This document shows, in pieces, positions 28,492 through 37,814 of a DNA stretch of 54,334 bases (position 1 is the stretch's first letter; each line of letters begins with the position of its first letter). Source of the stretch: Candidatus Woesearchaeota archaeon (lineage in GTDB: Archaea > Nanobdellota > Nanobdellia > Woesearchaeales > JACQSR01); assembly GCA_016211215.1 (NCBI GenBank), contig JACQSR010000018.1:1-54334 (forward strand). Reading direction: 5' to 3'. The notes beneath the pieces were generated by a model. It made no database searches. It was given only the letters and a program-made list of their open reading frames with translations, and was not told the DNA's origin. A program made the translations under genes and the position numbers.

Positions 28492-29008
28492 TTTCCGCAA
28501 TCCATTCCGCAGCATCCCGCAGGTCCGATGCAATGTAATCCGCGCTCCTGCCCGTGCTTTTCTCCGTGCCGAATGCACCCGAGCTCACGAAAACGGTGAT
28601 GCATCCCGCGTATTTTCCCATCTGGATGTCCCTGTCCTGGTCTCCAATCACATAGCTCTTTCCAAGCTCGACATTGTGCTTTCTTGCAGCGTCATGAAGC
28701 ATCTTCGGCGAAGGTTTCCTGCACTCGCATTCGTCTTCCTTGGCATGGAAGCACGCAAATACATCATCCACATCCCCGATTTCCTTCAGAAGTGCATTTG
28801 TAAAGTTACGGAAATCCTCCCTCGAGTATATGCCTAGACCAACACCCGATTGGTTTGTTACTATGAACATCTTGAACCCCAGATTTGACAAAAGCTTCAT
28901 CCCCTCTCTTGCATTTTTTGCCAAAGACAGGTGCTCAGGCTTATGGGGATAGCCATTTGTGTCTGAATTAAGTACACCATCCCTGTCAAGAAAAATCGCC
29001 TTGTTCAT
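28469..29008 (-). CDS. gmhB: D,D-heptose 1,7-bisphosphate phosphatase (HAD-IIIA)
   Basis: FLDRDGVLN, TNQSG, CFH...CECRKP, IGD. Confidence 0.9.
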   Translation of the reverse strand: MNKAIFLDRDGVLNSDTNGYPHKPEHLSLAKNAREGMKLLSNLGFKMFIVTNQSGVGLGIYSREDFRNFTNALLKEIGDVDDVFACFHAKEDECECRKPSPKMLHDAARKHNVELGKSYVIGDQDRDIQMGKYAGCITVFVSSGAFGTEKSTGRSADYIASDLRDAAEWIAENETKKPE

Positions 29009-29961
29009 ATGCTCCCTTCCAGCTCCTCAGCAGTAACCGATGAAGTGCCAAGCTTCCCTACCACAATTCCTGCAGCATAGTTTGCGAGCAACGCAGCATC
29101 TTTAAGGGAAGCACCTGCAGCAACTGCCAAGCCCAAAGTTGCCACCACTGTATCTCCCGCACCGCTGACATCAAACACTTCCTTTGCATGCGTTTCGACT
29201 TTTGTTACCTCATTCCCGTCAAACAGAACCATTCCCTTCTCTCCCCGGGTTATCAGAACAGCGCATCCAAGTTTTGACGCAAGAAGATTCCCAAGCTCAG
29301 TTACCTTTTCATCGGTGCATTCACGCCATCCTGCAAGCTCGCATGCCTCCTTTAGATTGGGTGTTATCAGGTAAGCATTTTTGTACTCCACCTTGTTGTC
29401 CGGCTTTGGGTCCACGATAACTTTCACGCCCCTGGCTTTGGATATTTCCGCAATGAAATCAAGCACTCTCTGAGTTACAAGCCCCTTTGCGTAATCTGAA
29501 ATCAGCACAACCTCTATGTCGTCAATTATTGACTCTATCCTGCGTATGATTTCCCCCTCTATTGGGCTGCCGATGGTTTCCCTGCTCTCGTGGTCTATCC
29601 TTATGAGCTGCTGCTTTCCCCCCATCACCCTTACCTTTCTGGTTGTCGCGCGCATATTATCAGTTATTATGCCGCGCGTGCTTATTCCCCTTTTCTGCAT
29701 CTCTTCCTGCAGCTGCTTCCACGAATCGTCATTTCCAACTACTGCGATTATGAGCGCTTCCCCGCCAAGCGAGGTTATGTTGGCTGCGGTGTTTCCTGCC
29801 CCGCCTATGGTATAATTTTCCTTCTGAACGTCCACCACCTGCACCGGGGCTTCCGGCGATATTCTTGACACGTTCCCCCAGATGTACTTGTCAAGCATTA
29901 TATCGCCTATCACAAGCACCCTCTTGCCCATCATGTTCCTTATCAGGCTTATTAGATTCAT
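29005..29961 (-). CDS. rfaE1: D-glycero-beta-D-manno-heptose 7-phosphate kinase (HldE domain I)
   Basis: GDIMLD, RISPEAPV, GGAGN, SDYAKG, TPNLKE, DVSGAGDT. Confidence 0.93.
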   Translation of the reverse strand: MNLISLIRNMMGKRVLVIGDIMLDKYIWGNVSRISPEAPVQVVDVQKENYTIGGAGNTAANITSLGGEALIIAVVGNDDSWKQLQEEMQKRGISTRGIITDNMRATTRKVRVMGGKQQLIRIDHESRETIGSPIEGEIIRRIESIIDDIEVVLISDYAKGLVTQRVLDFIAEISKARGVKVIVDPKPDNKVEYKNAYLITPNLKEACELAGWRECTDEKVTELGNLLASKLGCAVLITRGEKGMVLFDGNEVTKVETHAKEVFDVSGAGDTVVATLGLAVAAGASLKDAALLANYAAGIVVGKLGTSSVTAEELEGSI

Positions 29962-30857
29962 GATATCCCGTTCTCCCTGAAATAATCCTTTATCCCTGCT
30001 GCCAGGCTGTATTTTGCGGCAAAGCCGATTTTTTCCTTTGCCCTGGACACCTCAGCGCAGGTAAGATTCTGGTAAAACCCGTATGGATTGTCAAAATAGT
30101 CCGGCTCGAGGTTCTTTCCCAGCACCTCGTTCAGATTTTTTACCATTGCGTTAAATGATTCCGGCTTTCCGGTCCCAATGTTTACAATGCAGCTTTTCTT
30201 TGCCTCCATTGCGCTGAGGTTTGCCTCCACAACGTCCTTGACGTAAATGAAGTCCCTTTTCTGCTCCCCGAACTTGAATATTCTCGGCCTTTTTCCTGCT
30301 TTCATCTGCTGCGCAAGCTGGTAAGCCATTGATGATGCATGCCTCTTGTAGCTTTCCCCCGGACCGTAAACATTGAAGTACCTTAATCCCACAATAAGCG
30401 GAATGCTTCCGTCATAGTTCCTTGCAATCTTGTCCATCTCGGCCTTCGACCTTGCATATGCATTCAGCGGGTTTAGTTCGTCGCTCTCCTTGTTTGGCGC
30501 AGCATTGTTCCCGTAAACTCCCGCGGAACTTGCGTAGATTAGCTTTGCATTGCACGATTCTGCAAAGAATATTACATTTCTGAATCCTCCAACATTTGCA
30601 TCCATCATCTCCTTTTCATCTTCAATTAATGTGTCGGTTATTGCAGCCTGGTGGAAGATAACATCAACTTTTCCCAGCGCTGAAAAATCAAAATGCGCAA
30701 CATCCCCGTAAACAACATTTCCTGCAAACCCCTTTAGGTTTTCCTTCTTTGAACCCCTAAAGTCATCCACAACAATTACCTCGTGTCCCAAAGACTCCAG
30801 CTTCAAGGCAAGATTCGAGCCGATAAACCCTGCTCCTCCAGTTACCAATATTTTCAT
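29958..30857 (-). CDS. hldD: ADP-L-glycero-D-manno-heptose 6-epimerase
   Basis: TGGAGFIG, HQAAITDT, ASSAGVYG, YARSK, RYFNVYGPGE, YQNLTCA; lies inside the heptose operon. Confidence 0.85.
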   Translation of the reverse strand: MKILVTGGAGFIGSNLALKLESLGHEVIVVDDFRGSKKENLKGFAGNVVYGDVAHFDFSALGKVDVIFHQAAITDTLIEDEKEMMDANVGGFRNVIFFAESCNAKLIYASSAGVYGNNAAPNKESDELNPLNAYARSKAEMDKIARNYDGSIPLIVGLRYFNVYGPGESYKRHASSMAYQLAQQMKAGKRPRIFKFGEQKRDFIYVKDVVEANLSAMEAKKSCIVNIGTGKPESFNAMVKNLNEVLGKNLEPDYFDNPYGFYQNLTCAEVSRAKEKIGFAAKYSLAAGIKDYFRENGIS

Positions 30858-31414
30858 GTTAGCACCTCTTCAGTAATCTCTGCGATTATATGCAAAATCA
30901 TGATGTGCATTTCCTGTATCCTTGGGGTGTTTTTTGATTCAACATTTATGTTAACGTCGGAATTTTTCATCTTTCCGCCATCGTTTCCTGTCAATGTTAT
31001 AGTCCTGCATCCAATCTCTTTTGCCTTTTCAATACCCTTAATCACATTTGCGCTGTTTCCGGATGTGCTTAAGCCGATAACAACATCACCTTTACCTGCC
31101 AATGCCTCAATTTGCCTGGAAAAAACATTCTCAAAACCATAATCATTGCCAATTGCAGTTAGGATTGCAATGTCGGTGTTCAGCGCAATGCACGCATACC
31201 CCTTCCTTTCCTTCTTGTACCTTCCAACAAATTCTGCGGCAAAATGCGATGCCTGTGTTGCACTGCCCCCATTGCCCATTACAAGAACCTTTCCGTTGTT
31301 TCTCAGGCACTCTACAACCATATTTGCGGCCTCCGCTATATCAGCAGAAAGATTCTTTGTATCGTTGCTTACCTTAACATGCTCTTCAATCATCCTTCTT
31401 ATTGCTTCTTCCAT
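30854..31414 (-). CDS. gmhA: Phosphoheptose isomerase (SIS domain)
   Basis: GNGGSA, HFAAEFVGRY, TAIGNDYG, STSGNS, RIQEMH. Confidence 0.95.
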   Translation of the reverse strand: MEEAIRRMIEEHVKVSNDTKNLSADIAEAANMVVECLRNNGKVLVMGNGGSATQASHFAAEFVGRYKKERKGYACIALNTDIAILTAIGNDYGFENVFSRQIEALAGKGDVVIGLSTSGNSANVIKGIEKAKEIGCRTITLTGNDGGKMKNSDVNINVESKNTPRIQEMHIMILHIIAEITEEVLT

Positions 31415-31525
31415 TATTTCACCAAAAGTATGAACTATTCATACCTTTAATCGCCCTCCATATATAAATCTTTCTGTACAGAGATTTATTTTCTATATAG
31501 GGAATAATTAGAACCGCCCTTAAAC

Positions 31526-32110
31526 TTAATTACCTTCGGACTCTTCAAGAAGAAGTCTCTTTGTTTCAACATTATCAAACCCCATGGATATTAATAGTGC
31601 TCTGGTTGGTTGATTTCTAACCCAAATCCTTTGGGAATCTTGCAAATACAAACTTGGAGTCACTAATTGAACTGAATGAGGAATTTTCTTTGCCTTTCTT
31701 AACCATTTTGATGTAGGCCAGGATGGTTTGAAAATCAGTCTTTTTTCGTAATCTGTTATTTGATAATTTTTATACCCTGCATTCAATGCAAGATGCCAAT
31801 AGTCATAATCCATAAAAACCCCATCAACATTTTCAAATGAAAGAAGAACATCATTTGGAAATTCTCTTCTTTTTCTAAAATCTTTTCCGTTTGGACCACT
31901 TGATAAGATTCTTCTCCATTGATTTTGATAACCTGTCATCCTAATATCCTCTTCAGTTGCACCAACCGCTAAAAATAACGGATAAAAACCAACTTCTTTT
32001 TCTAACCAAGAATATGCCTCTTTAAAATTTGGATCGGAATGTTCAGAATTAGCTCTTGTTTCCCCATAAACTATACTATTCAAACTTCTGCAATGATGAT
32101 ATGATAGCAT
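31526..32110 (-). CDS. Hypothetical protein, possibly DUF3841-like
   Basis: EAYSWL and DYDYWHLALN resemble DUF3841 motifs as I recall them. The DNA looks AT-rich. Confidence 0.5.
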   Translation of the reverse strand: MLSYHHCRSLNSIVYGETRANSEHSDPNFKEAYSWLEKEVGFYPLFLAVGATEEDIRMTGYQNQWRRILSSGPNGKDFRKRREFPNDVLLSFENVDGVFMDYDYWHLALNAGYKNYQITDYEKRLIFKPSWPTSKWLRKAKKIPHSVQLVTPSLYLQDSQRIWVRNQPTRALLISMGFDNVETKRLLLEESEGN

Positions 32111-32379
32111 AACATCGGGTAATCAACAAACATTATTAAATTTATCGGGCCAGAACGCAACTCTTAGTTATGACTTACCCATGTTAGTGGGAAGCTGTTG
32201 CGTGAAAGTTTAAAACCCCCAGCCCCTTTTTTCCAATGCTATGGGTACATACCAAAAAGCTGTTAAGTATGAAATGGATTGCTGAGAGGATAAGGATGCA
32301 GTATGAGACCAAACTCCGCGGTTCGCAACCTGATGTGAAATTACTAAATCCTTAAATAGTCATACCTTTGCATACCATT

Positions 32380-33219
32380 ATGCACTCGGAAAAAGGAGCC
32401 GGATTTCTAATTTTTCTATGCATGCTTTACTTCGGTGTTTCAGGCATCATGGTCAAAGTTCTTGGCATAAGCCCTTCCTCATTGTATTCCCTTATGGCAT
32501 TTGGCCTTGGAATTGTCGGAATCGCAGTTTCAGTCTTAAGAAAGCAGGAATTCTTTTTCAGGAAATATTTCCTTTTCTACCTTATACTTGCATTCTTTTT
32601 CTCAATGAACGTAATAGCGTTCTACAAATCTTACCAGCTGACATCGCTGGCAAATGCTGTGCTTAGCCACTATACTGCCCCCATATTCATCGCAGTTTTA
32701 TCCCCATTCCTGCTCAAGGAAAGGCTTGAAACAGTGTCCATAGCTGCCCTTGTCATCTCAACAATTGGATTGTTTCTTATCGTTGGCCCGGAAAACATCA
32801 GCTTCGGCAACAATGACTTTTTGGGAATAATGTACGGAACACTGTCCGGATTTGGATATGCAATGCAGGTTATTCTTTACCGCCTGCACCCTGAGATAGG
32901 CGAAGGGCCTCTGATTGCCACTTCCTCCATAATCAGCCTGTTGTTTGTGCTGCCGTTTGCCAGCATAGGCCATTTCGGTTCGGCAAATTTGGCATTGCTC
33001 CTCCCGTATGCCATACTTACGCCATTGGTTGTCACCCTATACGCATTTGCGGTAAAGCATGTAAGGGCTCAATTCGCAGGCATAATCGGCTACACGGAAA
33101 TAATTTCAGTGACCATATTCGGGATATTCCTCCTCAACGAAATTCCAACAATGCTAACATTTATAGGCGGTTTGCTTATAATCGCAAGCGGACTGCTGAT
33201 CATAAGGAAGCTAAGATGA
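32380..33219 (+). CDS. DMT/EamA-family transporter
   Basis: About 10 TM helices; YTAPIF...FLLKE; IFLLNE...GGLLI. Confidence 0.85.
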   Translation: MHSEKGAGFLIFLCMLYFGVSGIMVKVLGISPSSLYSLMAFGLGIVGIAVSVLRKQEFFFRKYFLFYLILAFFFSMNVIAFYKSYQLTSLANAVLSHYTAPIFIAVLSPFLLKERLETVSIAALVISTIGLFLIVGPENISFGNNDFLGIMYGTLSGFGYAMQVILYRLHPEIGEGPLIATSSIISLLFVLPFASIGHFGSANLALLLPYAILTPLVVTLYAFAVKHVRAQFAGIIGYTEIISVTIFGIFLLNEIPTMLTFIGGLLIIASGLLIIRKLR

Positions 33220-33968
33220 AAAAGGAAAAAATCGCAATCAGCCTCGACAGGAATATCCTTGAACTGCTCGACTCTAAGGTGGACGGCTCGGTTATACGCT
33301 CACGCTCGCAGGCAGTTGAGTTTTACTTAAAGAAAGGACTGAAGGAGGAAAGCATAGACACGGCAGTTATTCTCCTGAAGGGAGAGCACCAGTCAATTGC
33401 AATGAGAAAATTCAAGGGAACCACGCTCATCTCATCCCAGATTGATTTTCTTGCTGCAAATGGAATAACCCATGTTTACATACTTACCCAGCACACAAAA
33501 ATCATCAATAATTTGCTCGAGGAGATTTCAAAGTCGAGGATAAAGGCGGAGATTATAGAGAAAGACTCAAAGGGAAATGCCTCTGCACTGGTTGCAGCCA
33601 AGGGCAGGATTGCAAATGACTTTATCGCAATGTCCGGCGATGTCTACAACCATTTTAATCTCAGGAGCATGATTGAGAAGCACAAGAACAACAATAAAAT
33701 GGCAACTATGGGCTTAATGTCAAGGGAAAAGGCCTCTGAATATGGAAATGTTATTCTTGACGGGGATATTATAATAGATTTCACCGAAAAGCCGAAGAAA
33801 GCGGAATCAAACATTGTCAACGCGGGAATTTACATCTTCAGGCCGGAAATATTCAACCTTCTCAGCCCGTCAACAATATCATTGGAAAGCGATTTATTCC
33901 CCGTGCTTGCAAGGCAAAGGCAGCTTCTTGGGTTCTTTACGCACGGCGAGTACGGGCATGTTATTTAG
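33216..33968 (+). CDS. Ribbon-helix-helix domain fused to a degenerate sugar-nucleotidyltransferase domain
   Basis: KIAISLD...SRSQAVE RHH, followed by AVIL, SGD, YG, FTEKP, VNAGIYIF, SLE. The GGxGTR loop is missing. Confidence 0.75.
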   Translation: MKKEKIAISLDRNILELLDSKVDGSVIRSRSQAVEFYLKKGLKEESIDTAVILLKGEHQSIAMRKFKGTTLISSQIDFLAANGITHVYILTQHTKIINNLLEEISKSRIKAEIIEKDSKGNASALVAAKGRIANDFIAMSGDVYNHFNLRSMIEKHKNNNKMATMGLMSREKASEYGNVILDGDIIIDFTEKPKKAESNIVNAGIYIFRPEIFNLLSPSTISLESDLFPVLARQRQLLGFFTHGEYGHVI

Positions 33969-34488
33969 GCACATAAATCCCGTCTTTCAGGAAGAAATCA
34001 GTAGGAACCAGCCCCTCAAGATTTGCAGGCACAGGCAATATGCCCAAGACATATTCTTTGTCAATTCTCTTCAACTCTTTGTCAATTCCCCTGCAGTTGC
34101 CTATTCTCAATTCGCGTTCCACAACCTTAACGGAAATGAAGCATGGCCTTAGAATCCCATCGCGCATTTCTAAAGAAGTGTCAATGTTAAGCTCCAAGGT
34201 TTCATAATAAGGACCAAAACCAGTGTCATAATCTTCGACCAGGATTCCACGCTCCACAAAAAGAGTGCCTTTGTACCTTGGGGGAGCATTACCATCTTTT
34301 GGCGCAGTGTACAAGGTGTGTACCCCCTGGATTTCAGCCACCCTTCCGTTCAACCACGACAATAAAGAAAACCTGCTGAGACCCCGAAAATAACCCATCT
34401 CCAGACTTTCTCCTGGCAGATTCACATTTCCTCCAAGCTTTTCCAAAAGTCCCACAGGGTCAACCAATTTTGTGTCAATGCTTTTCAT
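33961..34488 (-). CDS. Hypothetical protein (paralog of the adjacent ORF)
   Basis: Shares V[DN]PxGL, YExL, PC[FL]IxV and PTxxFL with 34475-34963. Confidence 0.65.
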   Translation of the reverse strand: MKSIDTKLVDPVGLLEKLGGNVNLPGESLEMGYFRGLSRFSLLSWLNGRVAEIQGVHTLYTAPKDGNAPPRYKGTLFVERGILVEDYDTGFGPYYETLELNIDTSLEMRDGILRPCFISVKVVERELRIGNCRGIDKELKRIDKEYVLGILPVPANLEGLVPTDFFLKDGIYVPK

Positions 34489-34963
34489 AAGATTCCCTCG
34501 TCTTATCATTCAAAAACATGGCAGTTGGAAGCAATAAGGTTCCCCGTGACGGCCATGGCAATCTTCCACCATACAACCTTAGAGTCTTTCGCGTTACCTC
34601 AATCTCTCCTTCACGATTTTTAACGAGAACATCAATTAAACAAGGCGGCACTTCATAGCCCGATTTAAGCTTGAGAGGACTTTTTATTCTAATGCCAAGA
34701 TGCTCGTAACCGTAATGCTGCCAGCCATCTGTCCCGTATTCGTTTGCCTCACCGCTCTCAACGTATAGGTGGCCTATTTTCTTCCATTGCAACAAAGGAA
34801 AAAAGCCCGTAGTGTTAACCCGTTTTTCATCAACGTACCAGCTTAATGGTCTATACATGACATAATCCCCAAGACTAAGCCTTCCCGAATCGTATGAGAG
34901 CGATTCGTTCAGCCTTTCTACAAGCCCATGGGGATTCACAAACTCAAACTTAGGCTCTTCCAT
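34475..34963 (-). CDS. Hypothetical protein (paralog of the adjacent ORF)
   Basis: Same shared motifs as 33961-34488; TATA-like sequence upstream. Confidence 0.65.
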   Translation of the reverse strand: MEEPKFEFVNPHGLVERLNESLSYDSGRLSLGDYVMYRPLSWYVDEKRVNTTGFFPLLQWKKIGHLYVESGEANEYGTDGWQHYGYEHLGIRIKSPLKLKSGYEVPPCLIDVLVKNREGEIEVTRKTLRLYGGRLPWPSRGTLLLPTAMFLNDKTRESYEKH

Positions 34964-35055
34964 TCATCGAGGTAATGCAAGATAACTTAAAAAGATTTCC
35001 ACGAGAAAAAGAAACAAAAAAATAAAGAATACTATTCCAACCTAAAATACTAAAC

Positions 35056-35211
35056 TTAGTACTTCTTGTGCTTTTGGTAGCAGTCCCTGCAGTAAACAGC
35101 CCGCCCTTCAGTTGGCTTAAAGGGTACTTCTGTCTCAGCGCCGCAGTCAGAGCATGTTACTTTATGCATCTGCCTTGGTCCTCGGTCAAATCTACCTTCT
35201 CCAAAACCCAT
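35056..35211 (-). CDS. CxxC-x17-CxxC zinc-ribbon small protein (51 aa)
   Basis: MGFGEGRFDRGPRQMHKVTCSDCGAETEVPFKPTEGRAVYCRDCYQKHKKY*, preceded by a GGAGG RBS. Too short to appear in the ORF track. Confidence 0.92.
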   Translation of the reverse strand: MGFGEGRFDRGPRQMHKVTCSDCGAETEVPFKPTEGRAVYCRDCYQKHKKY

Positions 35212-35309
35212 TTTTATTCCTCCGATATACGCTCAAAAGAAACTAGAATTCCTTTCTACGTACTACTAAGCATACAGAAACAGGTTTTCATTTAAAAAAC
35301 TATCGGTTT

Positions 35310-35702
35310 TCAGTATTTGAGCACCCTTAATCCAGGGATTCTTGCAAAATGCGCATCACCTGAAACCAGGGTATCTCCTCTCGTCAAGGCAATGCCTGCA
35401 ACCATGATATCCACACCACCAATTTGCTGGCCCTGGCGAATTAAACCTGCCTCGACTTCCGCAGACCTTTTTGCTGCAGCCTCGTCAAGCGGAAAAACTG
35501 TCAGATGAGTCAATAACTCTTCAACCCGCTTTTTCTCCCTGTCAGGGATAGAGCTTAGCAAAGCCCCTTCCCACATCTCCATTACGGATGGCGCAGCGAC
35601 AGCCAGCACGGATTCCTTTCTTTCCAAATCGTCCAATAAATCAACTGCAGAAGGCTTGTTCCGAAGAATATCAATGAGAAAAGAGCTGTCCAGAACTGCC
35701 AT
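35310..35702 (-). CDS. vapC: PIN-domain VapC toxin
   Basis: VLDSSFLID, SVMEM, DIMVAGIA, DAHF. Confidence 0.9.
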   Translation of the reverse strand: MAVLDSSFLIDILRNKPSAVDLLDDLERKESVLAVAAPSVMEMWEGALLSSIPDREKKRVEELLTHLTVFPLDEAAAKRSAEVEAGLIRQGQQIGGVDIMVAGIALTRGDTLVSGDAHFARIPGLRVLKY

Positions 35703-35703
35703 C

Positions 35704-35952
35704 TTACCCCTCCAATCCAGATACAGTCTTTTTCATCCTTTCCCGGTGGGCTGTGGCATGGCGCTGTCGTACAGCATATACCTCTTTCTTCAGCTTGTCT
35801 GCGCTGGAGGAGGAGAGTGCTCCGACAAATTCCTTTATGGACCGTTTTCCGGAGATTCGGATTATGGTCTCGCTAAAGCTTTCTTTCTCTTCCTTCATTC
35901 CTTTCAGCGCTTCGTAAGCATCGTTAGTAACAGTTATAGTCTTTGTAGCCAT
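35704..35952 (-). CDS. Archaeal VapB-type antitoxin (DUF217-like)
   Basis: TKTITVTNDAYEALKGMK..ESFSETIIR, directly upstream of the PIN gene. Short TATG repeats between TATA box and ATG. Confidence 0.85.
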   Translation of the reverse strand: MATKTITVTNDAYEALKGMKEEKESFSETIIRISGKRSIKEFVGALSSSSADKLKKEVYAVRQRHATAHRERMKKTVSGLEG

Positions 35953-35995
35953 AATCTATGTGTATGTATGTTTAGATATTTAAATGTTGCTATGT

Positions 35996-36607
35996 TCACT
36001 CCATATAGTTTACCCCGGCATCCGCATCTGAAGAGCATAACCTCCTATTCGCAAGCCTTTCCAAAACGTCAATCGAAAGCGACCTTATATCATCACAGAG
36101 CTCCCTGTCTTTCTCAAGTTTATGGCCTACGAAAGGAAGCCAATATGCAGCATCAGGGAAATCTCCTTCGCCCAAGCCCAAGAATTCCAATATTGTATAA
36201 ACTTTGCCATAAGGGTTTGTTTGCCGAATCCTGTCTGCTACCGAGTTTCCCGTAGCAAGCACGAGAGTTTCATTGCCAATGGTATTTGCAGACACTATTA
36301 ATGCCTTTTTCTCAAGGAAATCATCAATGCCTTCTTTCAGCAGAATAACGCCGACGCGCGGATGGATTGTAGTTGGGCTTTGCCTCAGCACCTCAACCTC
36401 CCCTGAGTAGATTCCATTCCTGTACCGCTGGCATTCTTCAAGGCGCCTTTCTCTTCTCAGCATATCCCTTTCCAATTTTTCCGGAAAAAGCGTGCCAAAC
36501 TCAACAACTAGGTCCTGCAATCCGTACTCTTCCCTGTAATGCATTGTGTAAGAGGCAAAACAGGGGCTTCTTCTGGAACCTGCAGCGCAAACGTAAAGCA
36601 ATGGCAT
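35996..36607 (-). CDS. Hypothetical protein with LMW-PTP/ArsC-like P-loop
   Basis: LYVCAAGSRRSP (Cx5R-S) at the N-terminus and DFPD near the C-terminus. Confidence 0.5.
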   Translation of the reverse strand: MPLLYVCAAGSRRSPCFASYTMHYREEYGLQDLVVEFGTLFPEKLERDMLRRERRLEECQRYRNGIYSGEVEVLRQSPTTIHPRVGVILLKEGIDDFLEKKALIVSANTIGNETLVLATGNSVADRIRQTNPYGKVYTILEFLGLGEGDFPDAAYWLPFVGHKLEKDRELCDDIRSLSIDVLERLANRRLCSSDADAGVNYME

Positions 36608-36641
36608 TCCTTAAGGGGTTCGGATTACATTTATATTTCTT

Positions 36642-37274
36642 TCACTCCACCTTGCAATACGCGCACCATTCTTTCTCGTAGAACTTCTGCGGGATTCTGT
36701 TGATGTCATCGCGCATCCCTTCAATCAGAAATACAAACTTCATCTGGTTGTCCTTTTTGTTTATGTCCACGCTCATAAGCTTGAATTTCCTGGTGTTGGT
36801 GAGCAAAAGGCCCTTTACGTCCTTTTCATTAATGATTTTGCTGGTTCCAATCTCTAGCCTCTTTTGGTACAGCCCAATTCCGTGCCTTTCGAAGTACCTG
36901 TCAAAAGCTACGATTGCCCATATTGAGGCATAGGCGATTCCCGCCTCTCTATAATACCCAATTCCCACCAGCAGCCCAAGAAGTGCGAAGAACCATATTG
37001 CAGCTGCAGTTGTTGCGCCGTATATCTTGTCCGTTGTCTTTATCAGCGCCCCTGCACCCAAAAAGCCTATTCCGGTTATTACAGCGCCGAGCAAAGGCAG
37101 CGGGTTGTCAGGCGTTAGTGTTACTGCGGCAATTGAGAGTGCGCACGCGCCCACAGAAACAAATATGAAAGCCCCGAAGCCTATTGGCTTGTGCGACTTC
37201 TGCCTTTCCAGCCCGAACAGCAGCGCCAGCACGAACGTAATCACAAACCTGATTATTATAATCTCTGTTTCCAT
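36642..37274 (-). CDS. MgtC/SapB-family membrane protein
   Basis: GLERQ, VITGIGFLGAG, GATTAAAIW. Confidence 0.9.
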   Translation of the reverse strand: METEIIIIRFVITFVLALLFGLERQKSHKPIGFGAFIFVSVGACALSIAAVTLTPDNPLPLLGAVITGIGFLGAGALIKTTDKIYGATTAAAIWFFALLGLLVGIGYYREAGIAYASIWAIVAFDRYFERHGIGLYQKRLEIGTSKIINEKDVKGLLLTNTRKFKLMSVDINKKDNQMKFVFLIEGMRDDINRIPQKFYEKEWCAYCKVE

Positions 37275-37312
37275 TATCCAAAGCCGTAGCTATGCCGTTT
37301 AAATTATTTTGC

Positions 37313-37735
37313 TTATCCCCTTGGCCAGCCGGCTATTATGCCGCCCATCACAACCATAGAAACAAGCTGAAAGCCGGCATTTATGATGTACAGCCTTACA
37401 GTCTTGCCCTCCCACAGAACCATCCCAAGCAGGGTAGTTGCAATGAAACCCAGCCAAAACAGGAACCCGGTAACAAGCCCAAGTAATATGGTTGCAGCCT
37501 CAAGATAGCCAAGGAACAGTGCAAGAACGTAAGCAGTTATAAGTGTTGCAACAAAGCCAAGCACAAACGACAATATCATCCCCTTCTTTGCCTCTTCCAT
37601 CTTCTTAGGAGTCATCCCGGAAGCCTTTGCCCAGACCTTCCCGAAAACAGGCTTTGAATACCATATCATCCCAAGAACCATTGACACAACAGCAGCGACG
37701 AGCACTGCCCACTCATTAGCGCCAATTGCAACCAT
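37313..37735 (-). CDS. DUF1761-family membrane protein
   Basis: AVLVAAVVSMVLGMIWYS..FGKVW, WLGF, INAG; GAGGTG RBS. Confidence 0.8.
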   Translation of the reverse strand: MVAIGANEWAVLVAAVVSMVLGMIWYSKPVFGKVWAKASGMTPKKMEEAKKGMILSFVLGFVATLITAYVLALFLGYLEAATILLGLVTGFLFWLGFIATTLLGMVLWEGKTVRLYIINAGFQLVSMVVMGGIIAGWPRG

Positions 37736-37814
37736 ATATAACCACCTCATTCCCCGTAATGAGTTTAAACTTTATAAACTTTCCTCGGATGCAGTATATA
37801 TTACGGAGAGTATT

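Noticed and set aside
32145-32203. Possible stem-loop ACGCAAC...GTTGCGT in intergenic DNA
   Set aside because: The stems are short and imperfect, and I recognised no riboswitch or ncRNA motif.
35068-35295. 75-aa plus-strand ORF
   Set aside because: It is the antisense shadow of the zinc-ribbon gene at 35056-35211.
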